DNA of 64,000 bases. It comes from an uncultured Trueperaceae bacterium. GTDB lineage: Bacteria; Deinococcota; Deinococci; Deinococcales; Trueperaceae. Location of the stretch: assembly GCA_963727505.1 (NCBI GenBank), contig CAVSGP010000006.1:1-64000 (forward strand), read 5' to 3'. The translations under genes and the position numbers were made by a program. This document shows positions 23,390 to 34,990 of this stretch, one piece after another (the stretch's first letter is position 1; every line of letters starts with the position of its first letter). The notes under the pieces were generated by a model. It saw only the letters and a list, made by a program, of their open reading frames with translations. It was not told the DNA's origin and made no database searches.

Positions 23390-24516
23390 GCGGGCTGCGC
23401 CGCTTCCTCACACCGGCGACGCTGGTGTGGTTGGCGTTCGCCGTGCTGCTGTTCGTGCTGTTGACGGTGCGCGAGCCCATCCACGACCCGCAACTCCGAG
23501 CCGCGGGCGTCACGAACGCCACGGTCGTGCCCGACCTGTGGCTGCCGGTGTTCAAGTTCAACGCCAGCACCTTCCTGGATATCAAGGGAAGCGACGACCT
23601 GCGGCTGCTCACCTTCGGCCTCCTTCCCGCCGTCGTCAGCGACAGCCCCAACCCGTCGGCCACCGGCGACGTGGCGGGGGTGCCGGCACGGGTCAGCCTT
23701 GGCTGGTTCGCCCTGTTCATGGTGCTGGTCGAGGGACTGCTCGGCCTGCGCTACGCCCATAGGGACGAGAAGCTGGTGAGGCCGCTGGTGCGGGCCGCGG
23801 GGATCTTCCTCGTCATCTGGTCGTTCTACGGCCATGAGCCCTTCTGGGACTGGATGCTGCACGGCATCTTCCCGAGGAGTCCCGACCTGCTCTACAATTC
23901 CAACACCGTGATCAGCATGGCCGGGCAGCACCTCACGCTGGTGGTGATCTCGTCGATCATCACCGTGGCGATCGGCCTGCTGCTGGGCATCATGGTCACG
24001 CGCGCGGAGTTCCGGGAGTTCCTGCCGCTGGTGTCCGACATCGTCAACTCCGGCCAGACCGTCCCCACCCTGGGCATCGTGGCCATCATGGCGCCCATCA
24101 TCGGGTTCGGCTTCTGGCCGGCCATCGTGGCGCTCATCCTCTACGGCCTGCTGCCGGTGGTGCGCAACACCATCGTCGGCCTGGAGGGGATCGACCCCTC
24201 CATGATCGATGCGGCCAAGGGGATGGGAATGACGCCCAGCCAGATCCTGTGGAAGATCGAGGTTCCCAACGCCAGCCGCATCATCCTGGCCGGCGTGCGT
24301 ACCAGCGTCGTCATCAACGTCGGGACCGCGGCGCTGGGCGCCTACGTGGGCTCGGGCGGCTTCGGCAACCCGATCGCGTCGGGGCTCAACCAGGCGATCC
24401 AGCCCTGGGTGCTGCTGGGCGCGCTGGGCGCGGCCCTGCTGGCCATCCTTCTCGACTACATCCTCGGTCGCGTGGAGTACGTGATGACGCCCAAGGGGCT
24501 GATCATCGAGGGCTGA
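23386..24516 (+). CDS. Osmoprotectant ABC permease (YehW-like)
   Basis: QTVPTLG, LYGLLPVVRNT, DAAKGMGMT. Confidence 0.92.
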   Translation: MSGLRRFLTPATLVWLAFAVLLFVLLTVREPIHDPQLRAAGVTNATVVPDLWLPVFKFNASTFLDIKGSDDLRLLTFGLLPAVVSDSPNPSATGDVAGVPARVSLGWFALFMVLVEGLLGLRYAHRDEKLVRPLVRAAGIFLVIWSFYGHEPFWDWMLHGIFPRSPDLLYNSNTVISMAGQHLTLVVISSIITVAIGLLLGIMVTRAEFREFLPLVSDIVNSGQTVPTLGIVAIMAPIIGFGFWPAIVALILYGLLPVVRNTIVGLEGIDPSMIDAAKGMGMTPSQILWKIEVPNASRIILAGVRTSVVINVGTAALGAYVGSGGFGNPIASGLNQAIQPWVLLGALGAALLAILLDYILGRVEYVMTPKGLIIEG

Positions 24517-24688
24517 GCACGCCGAAGCCCGGCACACGGGCCCCTGCGGGGGCCTGTGCTAGGGTCCCATGGTCCCGCGGGCGTTCCCTGGGCACGCCCT
24601 CCCGAGAGGGAGGTGTGCTGCAGGGCGCTCGTGCCTGCAACCGAAACGAGAAGGCCTTCGCCTTGTCCTGAAAGGGTTGGTTACACAC

Positions 24689-25966
24689 GTGATTCGAGCC
24701 GAAGGCGTCACCAAGATCTTCGGTCCGGACCCGGACGCTGCCTTGCAGCTCCTCGAGCAGGGGCGCAGCAAGGACGACATCCGGGCCGAGACCGGCCACA
24801 CGGTGGGCGTCAACAACGTCAGTTTCTCCCTCGAGCCCGGCGAGTTCTTCGTCATCATGGGGCTCTCCGGCAGCGGCAAGTCGACGCTCCTGCGGTGCAT
24901 CAACCGCCTCATCGAGCCGACCGCCGGGCACGTCTACCTGCAGACCGAGGACGAAGGCGAGGTGGACATCGCCTCCCTCGACCCGGCTAGTCTGCGGCAG
25001 CTCAGGAAGATCCGCATGAGCATGGTCTTCCAGCGCTTCTCGCTGTTCCCGCATCGCACCATCCTCGACAACGTCACCTACGGGCTCGAGATCCAGCGCC
25101 GCAAGCGCGAGCGTGCGCGGGAGATCGGCGAGGAGATGATCGGTTTGGTGGGGCTCGGGGGCTACGAGACCTCGTATCCCTCGGAGCTCTCCGGCGGCAT
25201 GCAGCAGCGCGTGGGACTGGCCCGGGCGCTGGCCACCGAGGCCAACGTGCTGCTCATGGACGAGCCCTTCAGCGCGCTCGACCCGCTCATCAAGATGCAG
25301 ATGCAAGACGAGCTGCTCAAGATCGAGCGGCAGCTCCAGCGCACCATCCTGTTCATCACCCACGACCTGAACGAGGCGTTGCGGTTGGGCGACCGCATCG
25401 CGATCATGGAGTCGGGCCAGGTGGTGCAGTTGGGCACCCCCGAGGACATCATCGTCAATCCGCGCACCGAGTACGTGGCCGATTTCGTCGAGCACGCCGA
25501 CCCTACCGGGGTGATCACCGCCCAGACGGTGGCGCTTCCGCTCGCGCACGACCGCTTCGTGCTCGATCACCGCGAGGGCGAGGTGCGCTTCTTGCGCCAC
25601 AAGGCGCAGGAGGACGTGCTCATCGGCGTGGACGACGACGAGGTGTTCACGGAGATGAGGGTCGCCGGCGAGGCGGTGCCGGCCAGGCCGCTGCTGGAGG
25701 TCCTCGAGGAGGAGCCGCCCGACACGCGTCGGCGCGACATGGTGCTCACCTGCGCTCCGGACGTGACGCTGCGCAAGCTGCTGCGGGGGCGCACCTACGT
25801 GGCGCTTCCGGCGATGGTGCTCGATGGCGACGGCCGGGTGCGCGGCGTGGTCACCGAACGCGAGCTGGTGGAGGGCATCCTCGAGAAGCGTGGCAACCAG
25901 GATCTGGGTTCGCTGGAGGTGGCGGCCCCCGAGGCCGAGGCCGGCGCCGTCGCGGGGGTGCGCTAG
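24689..25966 (+). CDS. proV: Glycine betaine/proline ABC ATPase ProV
   Basis: VIMGLSGSGKSTL, ELSGGMQQRVGLARALA, MDEPFSALDPLI...MQDELL. Start is approximate. Confidence 0.92.
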   Translation: MIRAEGVTKIFGPDPDAALQLLEQGRSKDDIRAETGHTVGVNNVSFSLEPGEFFVIMGLSGSGKSTLLRCINRLIEPTAGHVYLQTEDEGEVDIASLDPASLRQLRKIRMSMVFQRFSLFPHRTILDNVTYGLEIQRRKRERAREIGEEMIGLVGLGGYETSYPSELSGGMQQRVGLARALATEANVLLMDEPFSALDPLIKMQMQDELLKIERQLQRTILFITHDLNEALRLGDRIAIMESGQVVQLGTPEDIIVNPRTEYVADFVEHADPTGVITAQTVALPLAHDRFVLDHREGEVRFLRHKAQEDVLIGVDDDEVFTEMRVAGEAVPARPLLEVLEEEPPDTRRRDMVLTCAPDVTLRKLLRGRTYVALPAMVLDGDGRVRGVVTERELVEGILEKRGNQDLGSLEVAAPEAEAGAVAGVR

Positions 25967-26833
25967 ATGCTCTCCGAACTGTTCGGCTACCAGCTCTTCG
26001 ACAACCACACCATCCCGCTGCGGCAGTGGATCGCCGCAGCCGTCGACTGGCTCTACACCAACCACCGCCCGTTCTTCCAGGCCATCAAGATGCCCGTGGA
26101 ATGGCTTCTCAACGGCATCAACATGGGATTGCACGGTGTGCCGCCGCTGCCGATGCTCCTCGCTATCTTCCTGCTGGCCTGGTGGGCTGCGGGCTGGCGC
26201 ATCGGCGTGTTCGCGTTGGTCGCGCTCGGCTTCGTGGGCTTCCTCGGGCTGTGGGGTGACACCATGACGACGCTGGCGATGGTGATCAGTGCGGTGGTGT
26301 TCTGCGTGATCGTGGGCGTTCCGTTGGGGATCCTGGCCTCACGCAGCGATGGCTTCGCCGCGTTCTTGCGGCCGATCCTGGATGTGATGCAGACCACCCC
26401 CGCGTTCGTCTACCTGGTGCCGGTGGTGATGCTGTTCAGCATCGGCACGGTGGCCGGCGTCATCGCCACCATCGTGTTCTCGATGCCGCCGCTCATCCGC
26501 CTGACCAACCTCGGCATCCGCCAGGTACAGGTGGATGTGGTGGAGGCAGCGACGGCCTTCGGCTCGAGCCCGCGCGAGATCCTGTTCAAGGTACAGCTCC
26601 CGCTGGCGCTGCCGACCATCATGGCCGGGCTCAACCAGACCATCATGCTGTCGCTGTCCATGGTCGTCATCGCCGCCCTGATCGGCGCCGGCGGCCTGGG
26701 GCTGCCCGTGTTCGAAGGCCTGAACGCGCTCAAGACCGGGCTGGCCGGCATCGGCGGCCTCTCCATCGTGCTGCTGGCGATGGTGCTCGACCGCATCACG
26801 CAGGGCCTGGGGGAGCAGCGCGGGCGCGGCTGA
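25967..26833 (+). CDS. proW: Glycine betaine/proline ABC permease ProW
   Basis: LDVMQTTPAFVYLVP, RLTNLGIRQV, IMAGLNQTIMLSLSMVV. Confidence 0.95.
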   Translation: MLSELFGYQLFDNHTIPLRQWIAAAVDWLYTNHRPFFQAIKMPVEWLLNGINMGLHGVPPLPMLLAIFLLAWWAAGWRIGVFALVALGFVGFLGLWGDTMTTLAMVISAVVFCVIVGVPLGILASRSDGFAAFLRPILDVMQTTPAFVYLVPVVMLFSIGTVAGVIATIVFSMPPLIRLTNLGIRQVQVDVVEAATAFGSSPREILFKVQLPLALPTIMAGLNQTIMLSLSMVVIAALIGAGGLGLPVFEGLNALKTGLAGIGGLSIVLLAMVLDRITQGLGEQRGRG

Positions 26834-27041
26834 GCGGCGGTGCTCTCCCGCCCGCGCCGGCGCCCGCCCGCGCTGGCGCCCCGCCCGGGGGCTTTGTAGG
26901 CTGGCTATCGGGCCTCGTCGCGCGAGCCATTACACTGGGGGCGCACGTCTGTGAAAGCCGCTTCCCGTCGATGCGAACGGGGCTGCGGACCGTTCACGCA
27001 ATTCGACCGTAACGAAGAACTCTGTCTGAAGGAGGCACGAG

Positions 27042-28082
27042 ATGAAGAGATCTGTCATGCGTATGGTCTTGCTGGCGCTCGTCCTGTCACTCGCCGGTTC
27101 GGTGATGGCTCAGGATGCAGCGCTTCCCGGCAAGGGCGTCAGCGTCCAACCCGGGGTCGCTACCTGGAGCTCCGCCAAGCCGCTGGAGGCGATCTTCGCC
27201 AGCCTGCTGGGCGACCTGGGCTACGACGTGAAACCCGCCAAGGCGCTCTCCAACCCGATCTTCTACCAGTCGGTGGCGCAGGGCGATGTCGACTTCTGGG
27301 CCAACGGCTGGTTCCCCCTGCACAACGCGCAGTTGCCCAGCAACTTCGACCAGAACGCCGAGATCCTGGGGACCATCGTCCAGCACGGGGCGATCCAGGG
27401 CTTCCTGGTCGACAAGAAGTCGGCCGAGAAGTACAACATCACGTCGCTCAACGACTTCAAGCGTCCCGAGGTCCGCAAGGCGTTCGACGCCAACGGCGAC
27501 GGCAAGGCCGACCTGGTGGGCTGCCCTCCGGGCTGGGGCTGCCATGAGGTGATCAGCCACGTCATGGACGCCTACAACCTGCACAACGACATCAACGTGA
27601 TCAGCGCGGGCTACGCCGCCTCGTTCGCCGACGCCCTGGCCCGCTACCAGAACGGCCAGCCGATCCTGTACTACACCTGGACCCCGAACTTCACCGTCTA
27701 CAAGCTGGAGCCCGGCAAGGACGTGGTGTGGATCAACGTGCCCTACAACGCGCCTACGGAGAGCCAGAAGCCGTTCGAGAAGTTCATGACGCAGTCGAAC
27801 ATCAAGGGGGCGGTCACCGACCCCATCAAGATGGGCTTCGTCGCCAACGACATCCGCGCGGTGGCGAACAAGAAGTTCGCCGACAACAATCCGGCGGCCA
27901 AGAAGTTGCTCGAGGAGGTCACCATCCCGCTGAACGACATCTCGCAGATGACCAACGAGATCAACGGCGGCAAGGACACCGACCAGCAGATCCAGGCGAT
28001 GGCCAAGGACTGGATCCAGAACCACCAGTCCGAGGTCGACCAGTGGCTGAGCGCCGCGCGCCAGGCGGCGACGGGCCAGTAA
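27042..28082 (+). CDS. proX: Glycine betaine/proline ABC substrate-binding protein ProX
   Basis: LPGKGVSV, WFPLH, FDANGDGKADLVGCPPGWGC, YYTWTP. Confidence 0.95.
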   Translation: MKRSVMRMVLLALVLSLAGSVMAQDAALPGKGVSVQPGVATWSSAKPLEAIFASLLGDLGYDVKPAKALSNPIFYQSVAQGDVDFWANGWFPLHNAQLPSNFDQNAEILGTIVQHGAIQGFLVDKKSAEKYNITSLNDFKRPEVRKAFDANGDGKADLVGCPPGWGCHEVISHVMDAYNLHNDINVISAGYAASFADALARYQNGQPILYYTWTPNFTVYKLEPGKDVVWINVPYNAPTESQKPFEKFMTQSNIKGAVTDPIKMGFVANDIRAVANKKFADNNPAAKKLLEEVTIPLNDISQMTNEINGGKDTDQQIQAMAKDWIQNHQSEVDQWLSAARQAATGQ

Positions 28083-28367
28083 GACCACCGCGGGCGCCCC
28101 GGCGCCGGTGGTGGACCGGGCTGCGAGCCCGACACGCGGCAGGAGGCGACGCCTCCTGCCGCGTTCTTCGTGCGGCCCGAGGGCTGCTCCCCCCGGCCGC
28201 CCTCGAGTCGCGAGGTCGGATCCCCGGCCCCGTGCGCCGTGCGTGGCTCGATGCACGCGTTCCACGGGCGCGATGCCGTACACTGGCAGCGGCCAGCCGG
28301 GCTCCGCGGGCCGACGTGCATCCGTGGCGATAACGGCGCCCCCGAAACGGGTTGCTGGGGCCGTACG

Positions 28368-28447
28368 TTGTGCACGGCGGGTGGCGGGCTAGAATGGTTG
28401 ACACAGCCAACGAATGCTTAGGCTTGCTTTCCGCGTGAGGGCAAGCC
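28368..28447 (+). promoter_or_regulatory. gfh1 promoter and leader hairpin
   Basis: TTGTGC-16 bp-TAGAAT (28368-28395); hairpin GGCTTGCTTT...GAGGGCAAGCC (28421-28447). Confidence 0.5.
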
Positions 28448-28486
28448 CAATCCTCAGATGGGCATCGGGTAACACGGAGGTTCACG

Positions 28487-28954
28487 GTGGCTAGAGTTCG
28501 CGTCACACAGGAGGGGTACGAGCGCCTACAGGCCACGCTCGAGCAGGAGCGCGAGCGCCTGGAGGAAGCCACGCGCATCCTCCGGGAGCTCACGGGCTCA
28601 TCGGACGACTACGACGACTCGGGGCTCGAGGAAGCCAAGCGCGAGAAGGGCCGCATCGAGGAGCGCATCGACAACCTCGAAGACCAGCTCGATCGCGCCG
28701 AGATCATCGAGGCGCACAAGATGGACAGCGTCGAGCTGGGCGCGGTCGTGACCCTGCAGGACAGCGCGTCGAAGGAGGCCTTCGAGATCCAGGTGGTGTC
28801 ACCGGTCGAGGCCGGTGTGCTGGAGGGGGACATCCCCAAGGTCTCGGACGAGTCGCCGCTAGGCAAGGCGGTGCTGGGGCGCAAGCCGGGGGAAACCTTC
28901 AAGGTCACCATCAACAACAAGTCGACCAAGTACACGCTGATGTCGATCAACTGA
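28487..28954 (+). CDS. gfh1: Gre-family transcription inhibitor Gfh1
   Basis: Coiled-coil tip SSDDYDDSGLE matches Thermus Gfh1 rather than GreA GDLSENAEY; VQVVSP-like and SPLGKA motifs. Confidence 0.88.
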   Translation: MARVRVTQEGYERLQATLEQERERLEEATRILRELTGSSDDYDDSGLEEAKREKGRIEERIDNLEDQLDRAEIIEAHKMDSVELGAVVTLQDSASKEAFEIQVVSPVEAGVLEGDIPKVSDESPLGKAVLGRKPGETFKVTINNKSTKYTLMSIN

Positions 28955-29106
28955 TCGGATCTCGGGCGGCGTCGGGCTCGGCTCGGGGGTCGTGGGGCTG
29001 AAGCGGTCCGTCACCGACCTCGACCTGGTGTTGCCCGGCTGAACGGCGTGCCGCGGGCCTCGGCGCTTGCTCTTCGGGGGCCCGCCACCCCGTACAATCA
29101 GGGGTC

Positions 29107-30594
29107 ATGTCGCAGAAGTCGCTCCAGGAGCAACGCCAGCAACGCCTCCGGAACTTGGAGAGCCTCGAAGAGCGGGGCTTCGAAGCGTACCCCTACCGTT
29201 ACCGTGCGAGCCACCGCGCCGCCGACCTGCACGCCGCGCACGACGGCGCCGAGGCCGGCGAGGCCTTCCCCGACGAGGTCGTGACCCTGGCGGGTCGCGC
29301 CATGACGGTGCGCAACATGGGCAAGGTCGCGTTCGTGACGCTGCAGGACCCGAGCGGCACCGTGCAGGCGTACTTCCAGCGCGACGCGCTGGAGAACTAC
29401 AACGCCGTGAAGAAGATCGACCTGGGCGACTGGCTCGAGGTCACGGGCCCCCTGTTCGTGACCCAGACCGGCGAGCTCACGGTCGAGGTGCGGGCCTTCC
29501 GGCCGCTGGTGAAGAGCCTGCGTCCGCTGCCCGACAAGTACCACGGCCTCACCGACAAGGAGGCGCGCTACCGGCAGCGCTACCTCGACCTGATGGTGAA
29601 CCCGGAGGTGAAGCGGGCGTTCGTGTTGCGCAGCAAGGCCATCGCCTACATGCGGCGCTACCTCGACGAACTCGGTTTCCTGGAGGTCGAGACGCCGGTG
29701 CTGCAGGCGGTGCCGGGCGGCGCCGAGGCGCGCCCCTTCGTCACGCACCACAACGCGCTGGACTACGACTTCCACCTGCGCATCTCCCTGGAGCTCTACC
29801 TCAAGCGGCTGATCATCGGGGGATTCGAAGCCGTCTACGAGATCGGGCGCAACTTCCGCAACGAGGGCATCAGCTTCAAGCACAACCCCGAGTACACGAT
29901 GCTCGAGCTCTACTGGGCGGGCCGCGACTATCTCGACATCCTGGAGCTGGTGGAGACGATGTACAGCGGCCTGGTCAGGGAGCTGACGGGCTCGATGGAG
30001 CTCGACTACCAGGGGCGAACGCTCGACTTCACGCCGCCCTGGCCCCGCGTGGACTACACCGGGTCGCTACGGGAGCGCGCCGCGCTCGACTTCGATCCGC
30101 TCGATGAGGAGCGCCTTCGGGACTGGGTGCGGGCGGCGCACGCGCCGGCGCCGGGCGAGCCGGCGCTCGCCGAGCAGCCCATCAACCACATCTACGACAA
30201 GCTCTACGACCTCTACGTGGAGCCCTATCTGGTGGGACCGGTGTTCGTGATGGATCACCCGGAGGCGATCAGCCCGCTCGCCAAGCGGCACCGCGACCGC
30301 CCGGGTTTGGTGGAGCGCTTCGAGCCGGTGGCGGCGGGGATGGAGCTCGGCAACGCCTTCAGCGAGCTCAACGACCCGCTCGATCAGCGCCGTCGTTTCG
30401 AGCGCCAGCAGGCGCTGCGGGACTCCGGCGACGAGGAGGCCCAGATGCTCGACGAGGACTTCCTGACAGCGCTCGAGTACGGCATGCCGCCGACCGGCGG
30501 ATTGGGCCTGGGCGTCGACCGGTTGGCGATGTTGCTCGCCGACACCCCCAGCATCCGCGACGTCATCCTGTTCCCGTTGCTCAGGCCAGAGTGA
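29107..30594 (+). CDS. lysS: Lysine--tRNA ligase (class II)
   Basis: [44 protein letters not shown]. Confidence 0.98.
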   Translation: MSQKSLQEQRQQRLRNLESLEERGFEAYPYRYRASHRAADLHAAHDGAEAGEAFPDEVVTLAGRAMTVRNMGKVAFVTLQDPSGTVQAYFQRDALENYNAVKKIDLGDWLEVTGPLFVTQTGELTVEVRAFRPLVKSLRPLPDKYHGLTDKEARYRQRYLDLMVNPEVKRAFVLRSKAIAYMRRYLDELGFLEVETPVLQAVPGGAEARPFVTHHNALDYDFHLRISLELYLKRLIIGGFEAVYEIGRNFRNEGISFKHNPEYTMLELYWAGRDYLDILELVETMYSGLVRELTGSMELDYQGRTLDFTPPWPRVDYTGSLRERAALDFDPLDEERLRDWVRAAHAPAPGEPALAEQPINHIYDKLYDLYVEPYLVGPVFVMDHPEAISPLAKRHRDRPGLVERFEPVAAGMELGNAFSELNDPLDQRRRFERQQALRDSGDEEAQMLDEDFLTALEYGMPPTGGLGLGVDRLAMLLADTPSIRDVILFPLLRPE

Positions 30595-30609
30595 GGCGCT
30601 AGCCGCTCC

Positions 30610-30828
30610 TCAGGGGTCGATGGGCGTTGCCGGCCCGGCCTTGCCGCGCTCGATCTCCTCCTGTGCGCGTTGCCACAACACCCCGTAGAGCCGCTCGAGC
30701 AGGGCCTTGCGCTCCTCGTCGGCAAGCTCGCCGTCGCGACGGATCTCCACCATCAGGTCGCCGAGGTCGGGGATGGGCCAGGAGCGCACGTGCTCCAGCA
30801 GATACGTGAACTGCGCGAAGCTCGGCAT
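30610..30828 (-). CDS. Small hypothetical protein (72 aa)
   Basis: GGAGG RBS, GC3-biased codons, helical amphipathic sequence. Confidence 0.6.
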   Translation of the reverse strand: MPSFAQFTYLLEHVRSWPIPDLGDLMVEIRRDGELADEERKALLERLYGVLWQRAQEEIERGKAGPATPIDP

Positions 30829-31065
30829 GCCCGCCTCCCTCCCCGACCGCGGTCGGCGCGTCCGACCCCCGTCGCACGCGCACCGCTACCGCCGTGGGCT
30901 TGCCTCGCCCCGAGTCTAGGGGTGCGCGAGGGGCCTCTCAAGGGCCATACGTCCTCTCCTGGACGCGCCTCCTGGCGCCGGTCGCGGGACCGCACGGGGC
31001 GTCGACCTAGGACGGGCACGCCGTTTAGCGCTGCTGGCGCCGACCCAATTCGTAGAATGAGCGAC

Positions 31066-32508
<1,443 letters not shown>

Positions 32509-32528
32509 GGGCCCGTCCCTTGGAGGAC

Positions 32529-32888
32529 CTAGCTGGGCTGCGCCTGTGGGGTCACGGCGGCGCCGTTGGTCTCGCCGGTGCGGATGCGCACCACGCGGTC
32601 GACCGGGAGCACGAAGATCTTGCCGTCGCCGACCTCGCCGGTGCGCGCGCCGCGCAGGATGGCGTCCACGGCCGGGTCGACGAACGCTTCGGTGACGCCG
32701 ATGTCGAGCCGGACCTTCTCGATCAGCTCCATCTTGACGCTCATGCCACGGTAGGTCTGCACCGCCTCGCGCTCGCCGCCGTGCCCCCGCACCGGGGTCA
32801 CGGTGACGCCGTAGATCGATGCCTCGAAGAGGGCGGCCAGGACGTCGTTGAGGCGCTCCTTGCGCACGACGGCGGTGACGAGCTTCAT
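32529..32888 (-). CDS. glnK: P-II nitrogen regulator GlnK (copy 1)
   Basis: YRG T-loop, ARTGEVGDGKIFV, RIRTGE; overlaps the amt stop codon. Confidence 0.95.
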   Translation of the reverse strand: MKLVTAVVRKERLNDVLAALFEASIYGVTVTPVRGHGGEREAVQTYRGMSVKMELIEKVRLDIGVTEAFVDPAVDAILRGARTGEVGDGKIFVLPVDRVVRIRTGETNGAAVTPQAQPS

Positions 32889-34336
32889 GCCTCGCTCCGG
32901 GCGGCATTGGGCACGGCCGGGGCGCGGGGCTCGAGCCGCGCCACCGGCAGGAGCAGCGCGCCCTCGCCGTCGGTGTAGGCCTCCTCGCCATGCATGCCGA
33001 CGTCGAGCCCCTGCGCCTCGGTGTCGCTGTCGGCGCGCAGCGGCGTCAACAGGCCGACCAGACCGGCCACCGCCAGCGTGCCGACGGCGCTGAAGCCCAG
33101 CGCGCATGCCACCGCCAGCGCCTGGACGCTGAGTTGCGCCAGCGAACCGTCGACGGGGGCGCCCCACGCCCGGCTTGCGAACAGACCGGTGAGCAGCGCG
33201 CCGCTGATCCCGCCCATCCCGTGTGCCGCGAAGACGTCGAGGGCGTCGTCGAGCCGGCTGCGCGCGCGCCACAGCATGAGCAGGTAGCTGGGCAGGGCGG
33301 CCAACGAGCCGATCGCCAGCGCGGCGGCCGGCCCTACGAAGCCGGCGGCCGGGGTGATCGCCACCAGGCCCACCACCATGCCGGTGGCGATGCCCACGGC
33401 GGTGACGCGTCCGCCGCGCGCCATGTCGAGCAGCGCCCACACCACCAGGGTGGCCGCCGGCGCCAGCAGGGTGTTCACGAACGCCAGCACGGCGGTAGCG
33501 TTGGCCGCCTGGGCGCTGCCGGCGTTGAAGCCGAACCAGCCGAACCACAGCAGTCCGGCCCCGAGAAGCGTGTAGGGGACCTGGTGGGGAAGCATCGCCT
33601 TGCGGCCGTAGTCGCTGCGGCGCCCCAGCATCAGGGCGAGCACCACCGCGGCGACGCCGGCATTGATGTGCACGACGGTGCCGCCGGCGAAGTCGAGAGC
33701 GCCGAGCTGCTGCAGGAAGCCCCCGCCCCACACCCATTTGGCGAGCGGCGCGTAGACGACGACGCTCCACAGCGCGATGACGAGCATGTACGCGCCGAAG
33801 CGCATGCGTTCGACGACGGCGCCCGAGATCAGGGCGGCACTGATCATCGCGAAGGTGGCCTGGAAGGCGAATCCCAGCAGCGCCGGAAGGCCGACGTTGC
33901 CGGAGGCGCCGGACGTGCCGGAGGTACCAAGGCCGCGCAGGAAGGCGTGGTCCAGGCCTCCGAGCCAGGCGGAGCCCGGCGCGAAGGCCAGCGAGTAGCC
34001 GACCGAAGCGAAGGTGAGCCCGACCACGCCGAGCGCGACGAAGCTCATCATCATGGTGTTGAGCACGTTCTTACGGCGCACCAGGCCGCCGTAGAAGAGG
34101 GCCAGCCCCACCACCATCAGCAGGACCAGCGCCGTCGACGCCATCATCCAGGCGAGGTCGCCGGCGGGAGGGCCCGCAGCTGCCGGAGCGGCGGCCAGAC
34201 CCGTGGCCGCCGGCGGATCGGCGGCCAGCGCTCCGTGCACCAGCATCGCCAGCATCGCCAGACCGCCCGCGAGCCTGCCGCGGCGTCGCGGAGCAGCCGG
34301 GGCCGAACGACGTCTCGATGGGTTGTGGCGGCGCAT
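32885..34336 (-). CDS. amtB: Ammonium transporter Amt (copy 1)
   Basis: FQATFA, WVWGGG, DFAGGTVVH, WFGWFGFNAGS, DDALDVFAAHG. Confidence 0.96.
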   Translation of the reverse strand: MRRHNPSRRRSAPAAPRRRGRLAGGLAMLAMLVHGALAADPPAATGLAAAPAAAGPPAGDLAWMMASTALVLLMVVGLALFYGGLVRRKNVLNTMMMSFVALGVVGLTFASVGYSLAFAPGSAWLGGLDHAFLRGLGTSGTSGASGNVGLPALLGFAFQATFAMISAALISGAVVERMRFGAYMLVIALWSVVVYAPLAKWVWGGGFLQQLGALDFAGGTVVHINAGVAAVVLALMLGRRSDYGRKAMLPHQVPYTLLGAGLLWFGWFGFNAGSAQAANATAVLAFVNTLLAPAATLVVWALLDMARGGRVTAVGIATGMVVGLVAITPAAGFVGPAAALAIGSLAALPSYLLMLWRARSRLDDALDVFAAHGMGGISGALLTGLFASRAWGAPVDGSLAQLSVQALAVACALGFSAVGTLAVAGLVGLLTPLRADSDTEAQGLDVGMHGEEAYTDGEGALLLPVARLEPRAPAVPNAARSEA

Positions 34337-34382
34337 GCGAACCTCCCGGCGGCCTGGAAGATCCAGGGCCGCGCGATGCATG

Positions 34383-34411
34383 AGGCTAGCACGAGCGGCG
34401 CGGGGCGTCAA
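34383..34411 (-). promoter_or_regulatory. Sigma70-type promoter of amt1-glnK1
   Basis: TTGACG-17 bp-TAGCCT on the minus strand. Confidence 0.6.
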
Positions 34412-34590
34412 AAGAAAGATGGACGTTGTGCAAGTATTCGTGGCACGTAAGGCCCGTGACGGGCCGTTGGGTGGCATCAGTGTCGCCCGAACGCGGTCAT
34501 ATGAACGATACAGCGTGAACGGCGCGCCCAGGTCATCCGGGCGCGCCGTTCGTGCGAGGCCTTGGGATCGCCCCCGATCGGGGGCGTGGG

Positions 34591-34968
34591 TCAGATCGAG
34601 GCGGCCAGGGGAGCCCCGATCGGCGTCAAGGCCTCGGCGTCCTCCTCTCCGGTGCGGATGCGGACCACCTTGTCCAGGGGCTGGACGAAGATCTTCCCGT
34701 CCCCCACCTCGCCCGTGCGGGCCGAGCGCGTGATGGCGTCGATCGTCGGCGCCACGAAGGCGTCGGACACTGCGATGGTCAACTGGACCTTCTCGTGGAA
34801 CTCCACCAGGAAGGTGCTTCCGCGGTACTGCTCGTGGATGGCGGCCTGCCCTCCGTGGCCGCTCACCCGGTTCAGGGTGATCCCCTGAACGCCTGCCTTG
34901 AAGAGGGCCTCCTTGACCGCGTTGAGGCGCTCCGGCCGGACGAAAGCGGTGATCAGCTTCATCTGCAC
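34591..34968 (-). CDS. glnK: P-II nitrogen regulator GlnK (copy 2)
   Basis: YRG, ARTGEVGDGKIFV, RIRTGE; AAGGAG RBS. Start is 34968 or 34962. Confidence 0.95.
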   Translation of the reverse strand: MQMKLITAFVRPERLNAVKEALFKAGVQGITLNRVSGHGGQAAIHEQYRGSTFLVEFHEKVQLTIAVSDAFVAPTIDAITRSARTGEVGDGKIFVQPLDKVVRIRTGEEDAEALTPIGAPLAASI

Positions 34969-34990
34969 GCTCCTTCGAGGCCCCGAGGCC

